Position numbers and translations under genes: made by a program. A stretch of DNA of 64,000 nucleotides, taken from positions 1-64,000 of IMG/VR virus record IMGVR_UViG_3300035208_002958; one strand, written 5' to 3'. Below are positions 38,671 to 47,418 of this stretch, piece after piece. The notes under the pieces were generated by a model. The model was given only the letters and a program-made list of their open reading frames with translations, was not told the origin of the DNA and searched no databases. The stretch is from a virus. Its lineage: Duplodnaviria; Caudoviricetes. Numbering within the stretch: the first letter of the stretch is position 1; the number at the start of each line of letters is the position of its first letter.

Positions 38671-39382
38671 TATTCATTTTATCATTGAATCGTCTCAGTC
38701 TATCAATAGACCTATCGATCATCTTTCGAATACGAACTGTGTTGACACCTGTCTTCTGAGAAATTTCTTTGAGTGTATGTTTACGATACACCATGAACAT
38801 ATTCAGATCTTCTAGTGCTCGATCTGTCGTGCTGGGATGCATCTTAAATTCTTCCAGAATCTCATCAAGTTCATTTACAGCCGAATCGTGCTCAGGTTGG
38901 ACAACCGCATGAGCATCATCGCAGTGTTGATGTTCAGTGAAATCATTGATGTCAGTATATTCGTACTTCATTGGTTCATTTTCAACCTCAGAACCGTCAC
39001 TATCTACCTTCTTGACTACTTTCTTTTTCATCACTGGGATATGAATCAGATCATGATGGTAGTTATACCAGTTCTGTAGTAGACCTCGAATCGTCTGTAC
39101 AGCGTAATGGTAGAATGGCATGCCCACATCGGGATCGAATGTCTCAGTGGCTTTACATAGCCCCTCGTAGACAAATGACATGATAGACCCCAACTCTTGG
39201 TTGTAGTTATATTGATGATAAATCATGTATACGAGTCTGGCATTATTTTTCAATAATCGTTCTAGATTTTTCTGCTTCTGATCCGCTTTATTTGGATCTT
39301 GAATATCACGAACGAGACGGTCATTGATTTCCGCACCATTGGCAGGAAATGGATTATTCTTGATAAATTCTTCGGGTGTCAT
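38642..39382 (-). CDS. Sigma70-family RNA polymerase sigma factor
   Basis: Region 2 N.RLV...GL..A.E.FDP..G..F..YA...IR; region 4 TLKEIS...GV...RIR.....L. Confidence 0.85.
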   Translation of the reverse strand: MTPEEFIKNNPFPANGAEINDRLVRDIQDPNKADQKQKNLERLLKNNARLVYMIYHQYNYNQELGSIMSFVYEGLCKATETFDPDVGMPFYHYAVQTIRGLLQNWYNYHHDLIHIPVMKKKVVKKVDSDGSEVENEPMKYEYTDINDFTEHQHCDDAHAVVQPEHDSAVNELDEILEEFKMHPSTTDRALEDLNMFMVYRKHTLKEISQKTGVNTVRIRKMIDRSIDRLRRFNDKMNNGTLYDYEY

Positions 39383-39466
39383 CCTATACTCAATCCGGCT
39401 TCGAAACCGGATTAATCTTACCTATAAGGTACTATATGGATGACTCCAATGCCAATGTGAATATAA

Positions 39467-39664
39467 CTATTTGTTAATCTTTTCTATTTTAGGTGACATC
39501 CAAATATCCCTGAATGCAAGCAAATACTCAACCTGTTTATGAAGATCCTCATCGGTTACACCATTTCCGACCTCGATTAACGTATCAAGTACAGTTTCAA
39601 TTATCAGTACCGCATCTGCATCACTTAATTTACCAGAAGCAATCGCTGTATCAATGTCATTCAT
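39467..39664 (-). CDS. Hypothetical protein (TAG stop)
   Basis: ORF with AGGA SD overlapping the upstream TAG. Confidence 0.5.
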   Translation of the reverse strand: MNDIDTAIASGKLSDADAVLIIETVLDTLIEVGNGVTDEDLHKQVEYLLAFRDIWMSPKIEKINK

Positions 39665-39673
39665 GATATAATC

Positions 39674-39934
39674 CTATTTCTTAATCTGTTTCAATATTTC
39701 GGGTGGTAAAGAACGCTCAAGAGCTTGGCGACGACGAATCCAGTAATCGGTTATTTTTCGAAGTGCCATTCGATCATTGAACAGAACTGCATCACCCTTC
39801 ATTGTGCTCATTACTTCTTTATACTGAGCATTGCATAATTCCCACTCACCACGGAGTCGGTCAACATTTCCATAGAAATCGTTGTAAGCCTGACGCATCT
39901 CAGGAGTCATTGTATCTTTCTTAGTAGTAGCCAT
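39674..39934 (-). CDS. Hypothetical protein (TAG stop)
   Basis: Likely start MATTKK. Confidence 0.55.
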   Translation of the reverse strand: MATTKKDTMTPEMRQAYNDFYGNVDRLRGEWELCNAQYKEVMSTMKGDAVLFNDRMALRKITDYWIRRRQALERSLPPEILKQIKK

Positions 39935-39967
39935 ATAGTCAACACCTATCTGTGCTAACAATATATG

Positions 39968-40192
39968 CTAATCATTGATGGGAATTGACGCTAAAACCTC
40001 ATCGCACATGCAGATGGTATTGTAGTCTTTCAATGCAGCCTCAGGTGATTCGTAGGTACAATTGGATGCTATCGATCCAGCGTAATCCCCTGTATTCAGT
40101 TTTACTTCCCAGATATATCGGGTCTCTATTTTCAGAGGAGTACCCATTATTTTTGCATGTATGTGTAGTTGTGCCATATTTATCTCAAACAA
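39968..40192 (-). CDS. Hypothetical protein (TAG stop)
   Basis: ORF in operon. Confidence 0.45.
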   Translation of the reverse strand: MFEINMAQLHIHAKIMGTPLKIETRYIWEVKLNTGDYAGSIASNCTYESPEAALKDYNTICMCDEVLASIPIND

Positions 40193-40212
40193 AGAAAGGA
40201 GTCGAAGCTCCT

Positions 40213-40746
40213 TTATTTAATTCCGGTGATTCCGTCTATAAGAAGGGATTCAGCCTTGAACTGTTCCCGAACCTGAGTCAATACCTGTCCAAGAAGGTTG
40301 AGTCCCTTCCACTTGGTTCTATCATAGACTTCAGGAACCGGAGTGCCATCACGTGTCTCTTCACCGAGGCCAATTCCCCAGATGTTATCCAGAGGACTTG
40401 CTTCGACTAGAGTGGTCAGCTCAGTATCCATCAGAATCTGTTTCAGATCCGCATTCTGCCTAAACTTAGCAAGGTTTCCAACAAGGACGATTGTATAGCG
40501 GTGCTTGTCCCAAAGATCCTTATCGAATCCCTGAATTTTGCGACCCAGTTTCTTCTGGTTGCGGGGATTGGTCTCTGCCATGATTTCCTGATACACAGAT
40601 TCATCATTGAACAAGAGAGCTTTTTGTGCCATCATATACTGCTCAGTGCAGTTGTATTCAACTCCACGGACTTCAAACTTGCACTTGTGCCATTGAGAAA
40701 ATGGACCAGACCAGAAGAATGTGAATTTCTCGATTTCGGTAAGCAT
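40213..40746 (-). CDS. NADAR (YbiA/DUF1768) family protein
   Basis: FSQW, EQYMMAQKA.LF.D, K.LGR, KF.QN, LVEASP.D.IWGIG, G.NLLG..L..VR. Confidence 0.93.
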   Translation of the reverse strand: MLTEIEKFTFFWSGPFSQWHKCKFEVRGVEYNCTEQYMMAQKALLFNDESVYQEIMAETNPRNQKKLGRKIQGFDKDLWDKHRYTIVLVGNLAKFRQNADLKQILMDTELTTLVEASPLDNIWGIGLGEETRDGTPVPEVYDRTKWKGLNLLGQVLTQVREQFKAESLLIDGITGIK

Positions 40747-40824
40747 AAGATTTCCTTTTTATCATTTTGATAATAAGTAAGATAACTTATTCAAAATGAA
40801 AAAACCATATTATTTTCATATTTG

Positions 40825-41131
40825 TTACAATTCATCACACTGATGATGAATTGTGCGTTTTGACTTGAACGTTCTGATGACGCTACGAGCCTCTGTTAGG
40901 CTACTGAACTCCAATGTAGACTTGTTATGCCCATAGATAGCTTTCCCATCAGGTCCGCACTTGTGCCACAGAAATGCACCTTGTACTTCGACAATGTATT
41001 TACTTCCATGCCGATCAGCTTGTTCCGTGATCCGATATTTATCGGCTCAGGGGTAGTTCACGTCCTTTATAATCGACGTACAGGACACGAATGATAGCGA
41101 TAGCAACAACTGCAACAAATACGTATTCCAT
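40825..41131 (-). pseudogene. 95-aa membrane-anchored protein gene disrupted by a 19-bp IS scar
   Basis: Removing 41043..41061 restores an uninterrupted frame MEYVFVAVV...KGHKYRITE...CDEL*. Confidence 0.8.
41043..41061 (+). mobile_element. Minimal IS605-family remnant CGG+CTCAGGGGTAGTTCAC
   Basis: First 3 nt of the left end fused to the last 16 nt of the right end, preceded by TTTAT. Confidence 0.8.
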
Positions 41132-41143
41132 CAGGAATCTCCA

Positions 41144-41572
41144 TTATTGATATAGAAATCGTTTAATATGAGAGGCTGCATCGACCACTCGATTTGCTCT
41201 GTCAAATGGTTGTAAAAATTCATGGATGGATTGCATTTCATCATCTCCAAGCACATAGAACTTCATGTAATGAATTTTGCCAGCCAAACACACCACAGCC
41301 CAACTACTGGGACCATTAGTATATCTAGAATGATACATGTTAACATCGATTCCCACATCAACTAATTCCATCAACGCATTGTATTGAGATGCGGATTTAC
41401 CAATCTGCTTACTAAGACGAGTGTTTTCATCAAACAGAAGATTCTTATGATGAGTAAGATCCCTAATATCGTTAGACGCTTTAGCAAGCTCATCCTGAGT
41501 CATCTTCAATTGTTGCTGAAGATCAGTTATCCCCAACTGTTTGCGAATCCAGTTACCAAACCATTTGAACAT
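41144..41572 (-). CDS. Hypothetical coiled-coil protein
   Basis: ORF in operon. Confidence 0.55.
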   Translation of the reverse strand: MFKWFGNWIRKQLGITDLQQQLKMTQDELAKASNDIRDLTHHKNLLFDENTRLSKQIGKSASQYNALMELVDVGIDVNMYHSRYTNGPSSWAVVCLAGKIHYMKFYVLGDDEMQSIHEFLQPFDRANRVVDAASHIKRFLYQ

Positions 41573-41771
41573 TTTTACCTACTGAATACAATATAAAAAC
41601 CCCAAGTATTGCAATCGCAATATAAATGACTGGACTAAGTTGACTTCTAGTAGCAACATCATTCACTACATGTCCACAATTAATACATTTTCCATCAAAT
41701 GTGGATTGACTCGTCCTAATTTTACAACTAGGACAAGTGAATGGATATTCATATTGAAGCCTCACGCCCAT
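41553..41771 (-). CDS. Zn-ribbon protein with C-terminal TM helix
   Basis: CPSC, CINCG, hydrophobic tail. Confidence 0.55.
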   Translation of the reverse strand: MGVRLQYEYPFTCPSCKIRTSQSTFDGKCINCGHVVNDVATRSQLSPVIYIAIAILGVFILYSVGKNVQMVW

Positions 41772-41774
41772 GCC

Positions 41775-42020
41775 CTATCCCTTGAACCCTTTCTTGAATT
41801 TTAACTTACCAACTCGTCTAGCCGGAGAGTTACTCGTCCGAACGAATTGAGGTCCTTCAAGATCACATGCATTGGGTTTATGTTCCCCAAATTGTCCAAT
41901 GGCAATGGAATATTCGGCATTCAGTTTTATGAAGAGATTTCCATTCGATGACTGCCAGATATCATAAATATCCAATTCATCTTCGGTCTGTGTAAATTTT
42001 TGCTTAGTATGTCGTGTCAT
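41775..42020 (-). CDS. Hypothetical protein (TAG stop)
   Basis: Coupled to the ligase stop codon. Confidence 0.5.
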   Translation of the reverse strand: MTRHTKQKFTQTEDELDIYDIWQSSNGNLFIKLNAEYSIAIGQFGEHKPNACDLEGPQFVRTSNSPARRVGKLKFKKGFKG

Positions 42021-44116
42021 TAGTCCTCCAACATTTTCAGGAAATCCTGAGATCCGATCACCTTGATGTCAACGCCGCTCTGTTGGAGATCGTTGATCTT
42101 CTTCACTTTGGCCGGACCAGCACTGTCACCCATCAGGACATAGTTGACATTCTTGGAAATACCAGATGCCAGAGTGCCACCATGCTCAGCCACCAGATCC
42201 TTGAAATCACCACGGCTGAGATCATCAAACGTACCTGTCATGATGAGAGTCAGACCAGTAAGCTTGTCGCTCTTCTTCATGGAAGGCTTTGCCTCGGATG
42301 CGATCTTGTTGTCGATGAAGTACTGAGCGATCTCCATGTTAGCGGGATTCTGGAACCATTCAACTACAGATTCAGCCAGTTCATGTCCGATTCCGCTGAT
42401 GGATTCGATTCCGGCGACAGTGGCCTTAGAAAGGGCTTCGAGAGTCACATACTTTTCTGCAATCGGACCCGACATGGTCTTACCCAGATTCGGAATACCA
42501 ATACCAGCCAGCAGATTGTTCAGATACGCCTTACGGGACTCGTTGATCGCATCGATGGCCTTTTCAGCGGAGCGTTCTTTCACACTGTCCAGTGTAAGCA
42601 GATCGTCCTTGGTGACCTTATACAGATCCGCCACATTATGGATAAGACCCTTGGAAAGCATTGCTTCGATGAGAGATTCACCAACGCCCATGATATTCAT
42701 GGCTTCTTTGGCAACGAACTTCACGATCTGTTTGAACTGCTTCACAGAACAGGCAGAGTTTGGACATACCCATACCACCAGCTTTTCACCGTCACGGTTG
42801 GTGTCGTTACAAAGAGTAGAACCACAGTGTTCACATACAGTAGGGCGGCGGTAGAAATCCATATCAGGATTTGCTTCACTCAATTCCACATACAATTCAC
42901 CAAAATCAGCATTAGCATACATAGTTTTTTCGTAGTCATCTTTGCTACGACCAACTTCGACAACTTTGACGATTTCAGGAATGATTTCACCAGCCTTGCG
43001 AACGATTACATGACATCCGACATGACAACCGAGATATTCAGCCATGTCCCAGTTATGCAAGGATGCACGGCGGACCTTCGTCAGGGCGAGTTCGATTTCT
43101 TCCAGAATAGCAACCGGAGTCACCGCACCAGTACGACCATAGGAATGTTCGATACCGAGCAACTTGGTCTTCTTTTCTTCGGGAGGGAATTTCAACGCAG
43201 TGTAGCAGTGAGGGGTTTTTGCGGTTCCACCAAGACGCTTGTAGGTGTTCTTGTCGTTGACCTTGATAACCAGACCATCGATCAGGAATGGAAGCGAATG
43301 ACGCTTCTTTTCCATATATGCAGCACCCGCAACAACCTTATCAGGAGAATTGCAGATATAGTATTCGGAAATGATGAACCCAGCCGCCTTGAGCCATTCC
43401 AAGTCTTCGGAATGCAGATGGCCATCAACCACAGGACTTTCGCCAACGATGGAGTATGCCACGAAAGATAGCTTGCGTTCAGCAACTTCCTTGGGGTCCT
43501 TGCTCTTCATAGTACCTGCTGCACCATTGCGAGGGTTGCTCATGGGTTCCTTACCCATCGCTTCGAGCTTTTCATTGTAGCGGTTGAAATCATCCTTCAA
43601 CCACACACATTCACCACGAATTTCCACGGGGTCTTTGGTAGGAATGGTCTTGGGAATGTCATCGATCTGGAGGGCGTTTGCATAGACTCGGTCGCCAACG
43701 GCACCATTACCACGAGTAACAGCATCGACCAGAGAGCCATCCTCGTACTTCAATGCCAATGCGAGACCATCGATCTTGAATTCGAGAGTCTGCTGAGCAC
43801 ATCCCTTGGACTGTTTGTCTTTCGACCAGTCGTTCAGCTCTTCGGGACTCATCGAGTTCGCAATGGAGAGCATGGGATGGTCATGGGTGACTTTTTCGAA
43901 CCCATCGGAAGACTTAGTGGCTGCACCAATTTTCTGAGTAGGCGAGTTCGGTTCGATTTCCGAGGGATTTGCACGTTCGAACATCTTCAGTTTATTGTAC
44001 TCTTCATCGTACACTACGTCACTGACGAGGGGAGTTCCGTTTTCGTATTCTGCCATCCATACGTTCAGCTTTTCGATGATTTCACAGTACTCAAAAAAGT
44101 CGATCTTCAGATTCAT
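42020..44116 (-). CDS. ligA: NAD-dependent DNA ligase
   Basis: SD..YD, KIDG, TRGNG..G, EIRGE, NPRN.AAG, DGLVIK, GRTG, ASLHN, Zn finger, HhH, BRCT. Confidence 0.96.
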   Translation of the reverse strand: MNLKIDFFEYCEIIEKLNVWMAEYENGTPLVSDVVYDEEYNKLKMFERANPSEIEPNSPTQKIGAATKSSDGFEKVTHDHPMLSIANSMSPEELNDWSKDKQSKGCAQQTLEFKIDGLALALKYEDGSLVDAVTRGNGAVGDRVYANALQIDDIPKTIPTKDPVEIRGECVWLKDDFNRYNEKLEAMGKEPMSNPRNGAAGTMKSKDPKEVAERKLSFVAYSIVGESPVVDGHLHSEDLEWLKAAGFIISEYYICNSPDKVVAGAAYMEKKRHSLPFLIDGLVIKVNDKNTYKRLGGTAKTPHCYTALKFPPEEKKTKLLGIEHSYGRTGAVTPVAILEEIELALTKVRRASLHNWDMAEYLGCHVGCHVIVRKAGEIIPEIVKVVEVGRSKDDYEKTMYANADFGELYVELSEANPDMDFYRRPTVCEHCGSTLCNDTNRDGEKLVVWVCPNSACSVKQFKQIVKFVAKEAMNIMGVGESLIEAMLSKGLIHNVADLYKVTKDDLLTLDSVKERSAEKAIDAINESRKAYLNNLLAGIGIPNLGKTMSGPIAEKYVTLEALSKATVAGIESISGIGHELAESVVEWFQNPANMEIAQYFIDNKIASEAKPSMKKSDKLTGLTLIMTGTFDDLSRGDFKDLVAEHGGTLASGISKNVNYVLMGDSAGPAKVKKINDLQQSGVDIKVIGSQDFLKMLED

Positions 44117-45573
44117 ATGAGTTCCTCAATAATGATAAGTTTTTTGCATCTAATTTTGTGGTTATCATGAACAAGGCATGCAATGTCATTGATGTGGATT
44201 TTGACTTTGAATAGTTTTTCTTTACAGTAGTCAAGAGCACCTTCACGAGTCCATGCTGATAATCCGAATGAATTTTCATTCGATGGATTGAAATCTGCAT
44301 GGGATTCATATGTCCCACCCACTTCATAGTAGTATTGGAAATTAAATCTGGAGTACCCCTCTGATCTACATGACTTAAATGCAATCACATAATCACCTTC
44401 AATCTCGTAATCAGTGTTCGCTTCAATGTATTTACGCTTAAACTCTTGATCCTTGTATAACCAAGAATCTGCTGGTATATCCAATTTATCAGCATGTTTT
44501 TCGATGAAAGATTCTGATAACTTCTGATATACACTGATATTATTCCAGTTAACTTTATCGACATGTTTTTCGATGAAAGATTCAGATAACTTCTGATATG
44601 CACTGATATAAGTCCGATCCAATTTATCGACATGTTTCTCGATGAAAGATTCTGATAACTTCTGATATTTGCTGATATAAATCCAATTAACTTTATCGAC
44701 ATATTTAGCGATGCAAGAGTCAGATAACTTCTGATATGCACTGATATTATCCCAATTCACTTTATCGACATGTTTTTCGATGAAAGATTCAGATAACTTC
44801 TGATATTCACTGATATAATACCAATCAACTTTATCGGCATGTTTCTCGATGAAAGATTCTGATAACTTCTGATATTCACTGATATAATACCATTTAACTT
44901 TATCAGCATGTTTCTCGATGAAAGATTCAGATAACTTCTGATATTCACTGATATACTTCCAATCAACTTTCTTAGAATGTTTATCTATGAAAGATTCAGA
45001 TAACATCTGATATTCACTGATATACTTCCAATCAACTTTATCGGCATATTTCTCGATGAAAGATTCTGATAACTTCTGATATACACTGATATTATTCCAG
45101 TTAACTTTATCGACATGTTTCTCGATGAACGATTCTGATAACTTCTGATATTCACTGATATAATACCAGTTAACTTTATCGACATGTTTCTCGATGAACG
45201 ATTCTGATAACTTCTGATATTCACTGATATAATACCAATCAACTTTCTTAGAATGTTTATCTATGAAAGATTCCGATAACTTCTGATATTTGCTGATATA
45301 AGTCCAATTCACTTTATCGACATGTTTCTCTATGAAAGATTTAGATAACTTCTGATATGCACTGATATTATACCAATCAACTTTATCAGCATGTTTCTCG
45401 ATGAAAGATTCTGATAACTTCTGATATTTGCTGATACAAAACCAATCCAATTTATCAGCATGTGTCTCGATGAAAGATTCAGATAACTTCTGATGTACAC
45501 TGATATTATCCAAATCAACTTCATCAGGTGTTGTGTTCAATCGCTCACATAATTCTTCTAATGTATCTATCAT
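44113..45573 (-). CDS. Tryptophan-repeat protein (15 x 22 aa) with a globular C-terminal domain
   Basis: Repeat W-x-x-IS-x-YQKLSESFIEKH-x-DKV-[DN]. Confidence 0.85.
   Translation of the reverse strand: MIDTLEELCERLNTTPDEVDLDNISVHQKLSESFIETHADKLDWFCISKYQKLSESFIEKHADKVDWYNISAYQKLSKSFIEKHVDKVNWTYISKYQKLSESFIDKHSKKVDWYYISEYQKLSESFIEKHVDKVNWYYISEYQKLSESFIEKHVDKVNWNNISVYQKLSESFIEKYADKVDWKYISEYQMLSESFIDKHSKKVDWKYISEYQKLSESFIEKHADKVKWYYISEYQKLSESFIEKHADKVDWYYISEYQKLSESFIEKHVDKVNWDNISAYQKLSDSCIAKYVDKVNWIYISKYQKLSESFIEKHVDKLDRTYISAYQKLSESFIEKHVDKVNWNNISVYQKLSESFIEKHADKLDIPADSWLYKDQEFKRKYIEANTDYEIEGDYVIAFKSCRSEGYSRFNFQYYYEVGGTYESHADFNPSNENSFGLSAWTREGALDYCKEKLFKVKIHINDIACLVHDNHKIRCKKLIIIEELI
44524..45513 (-). 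repeat. 66-bp coding tandem repeat, 15 units
   Basis: Visible DNA periodicity (...gataacttctgatat...); boundaries approximate and the array may extend slightly below 44524. Confidence 0.8.
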
Positions 45574-45620
45574 ATAAATCTCCTGTTTATCGAATATAGA
45601 AAAATGTTTTGGTTTGTCAA

Positions 45621-45935
45621 TTAGAAATTTGGACGTTTGCCTTCCGCATGCAGATTGGCATCACGCCATAACTCAGCCGCCCGTTTCTCGATTTCGGCTT
45701 CGGTAACACCTTCTTCGTGTAGAGCCGTGTTGTACAGGGTGGTGAGAACCTGTGAAATGAATCCACTACTCAATGCGAAATATGCATTGATGTCGAGGGA
45801 ATACAGGATTTCGATTGCCTTCGGAGGATCACTCCACAATTCCATATCGTTGATGAGACTTGGGTCGATTTCCCGATCACTGCCCCGTTTGATAATTGGA
45901 AGCAGATCACTCTTGAATGTAGCCAATATGGACAT
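45621..45935 (-). CDS. Hypothetical protein
   Basis: AGGAG SD, follows a promoter-like motif. Confidence 0.55.
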   Translation of the reverse strand: MSILATFKSDLLPIIKRGSDREIDPSLINDMELWSDPPKAIEILYSLDINAYFALSSGFISQVLTTLYNTALHEEGVTEAEIEKRAAELWRDANLHAEGKRPNF

Positions 45936-45991
45936 ATTGATATCTCCTAAAAATCTAGAAGATAGAAAAATATCACAATTTGTCAAATGGA

Positions 45992-46345
45992 TTACTCAGT
46001 GCCTCCGGGTTTATTCACATCCCCGTGGTGTTCATCTCGAAGTCTATACTTGATAATGCTTCTGATTTGGCCCGAATAGAGAGACAGTGTCTCCAGCGGA
46101 GTCAACCCAAATTCAGTTTTCACCGACTCCAGTAACTCATTCATTTCATTGAAATATTCAATCAACTCAGGGACGATCTCAACCTCAGGGCACATGAGCT
46201 TTGCATACATCCGAGCGATCCAGTAATCGTCATCTGTGTCAGCCGTAACGTCTTGATATTTGAACATGATGTTCAGGTGACCATCTAACCATTTACAATA
46301 AGCTTCACGATACAGCAGTTTTCGTTCATTCAGTTTCATATTCAC
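45992..46345 (-). CDS. Hypothetical protein
   Basis: Follows the promoter at 46367..46394. Confidence 0.55.
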   Translation of the reverse strand: MNMKLNERKLLYREAYCKWLDGHLNIMFKYQDVTADTDDDYWIARMYAKLMCPEVEIVPELIEYFNEMNELLESVKTEFGLTPLETLSLYSGQIRSIIKYRLRDEHHGDVNKPGGTE

Positions 46346-46577
46346 CTCAAGGTTTAACTGGAAGTGAATATAGAAATTTTTTATGGTTTGTCAATTAAAC
46401 GAATGCGGTGTGGGTGCTTCATCATCAATGCACGTAGCTTGTGTTTTGCACGTCCAGCATTTTCATCAAATTCTTTTTTGGATAAACATATTAACTCATT
46501 AATTATCGAACACCTGTACAGTAAATATACTAAAAAGAGGGGCGATTGCCCCTCTTAATTACTTCGATGATCTTATA

Positions 46578-47171
46578 TCATTGAACATCACTTCGATACG
46601 ATGTAGTGGCAAACGACAATGAATTACATGCCATATCGACACCCCTTGATGTAGCTGCAAATGCGTATCGGTTAGCACTACGAATACCAATTTGATCCGA
46701 CACTTCATCGACATCAATATTAGCCGCCATGAATACAAATTCCCATGCATACTTTTCAGTCTGATGGTCAATCATGGCCTTAATAGCAGCAGTAGAGTAT
46801 TCTCTGGATGCATTTTCCTGACCATCTGTCATAATACATACGATCACCTTACTAGGACGCTCAGATTCATCCATTTCTGCCAATGCAACCCCAAGCTTCT
46901 TAACGGTCAATCCAATTGCATCATTCATTGCAGTCGATCCACCGACCATATATGTTTCATCAGTAAGATGCGGAACATCTTTAATATTCACTCTATCATG
47001 AATATGAGTGACCTCATCATCGAACAACACCAATGTGAAATTGGCCTCTCCTTCAACTGATCTCTGCTCATCAATAAATCGGTTAATACCACCGATTACA
47101 TCAGATGTTAATGAGTACATGGAACCGGATCGGTCCACAATATAAACAATTTCACTAAGATTCGCTTTCAT
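46578..47171 (-). CDS. vWA domain protein
   Basis: DRSGSM, G.TAM.DA, TDGQENAS; true start probably MKANL with AGGAG SD. Confidence 0.88.
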   Translation of the reverse strand: MKANLSEIVYIVDRSGSMYSLTSDVIGGINRFIDEQRSVEGEANFTLVLFDDEVTHIHDRVNIKDVPHLTDETYMVGGSTAMNDAIGLTVKKLGVALAEMDESERPSKVIVCIMTDGQENASREYSTAAIKAMIDHQTEKYAWEFVFMAANIDVDEVSDQIGIRSANRYAFAATSRGVDMACNSLSFATTSYRSDVQ

Positions 47172-47418
47172 TTTTATTCTCCTTATCTGAAAGTATCCAC
47201 TGGGTTCCATTCCAATCATAATCGGCATCACTTTTGAATCCAGTGACACTGGCATTTGGATGTAGATGTATTGATTTTCCATGTTCAAATGGATGGCTCC
47301 AGAATCGATGTGCGGATTCAGATGTACATTGGTACACACTATTGCCATCCATCACCATCATAAACTTCTGGAGTATAACGTGATCCAATTCACCCCCACA
47401 AACAGGACATATCGTGAA

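Noticed and set aside
42014-43471. 485-aa + strand ORF, and similar long antisense ORFs at 18695..19783, 29741..30565, 54729..55517
   Set aside because: Antisense shadows of well-supported genes, with no motifs, SD or promoter.
44524-45513. CRISPR array
   Set aside because: The 66-bp units are contiguous, in-frame coding repeats with no unique spacers, and there is no cas operon.
44113-45573. Diversity-generating retroelement
   Set aside because: No reverse transcriptase or non-coding template repeat in the window; the A-biased variation has exceptions and could reflect AT-rich composition.
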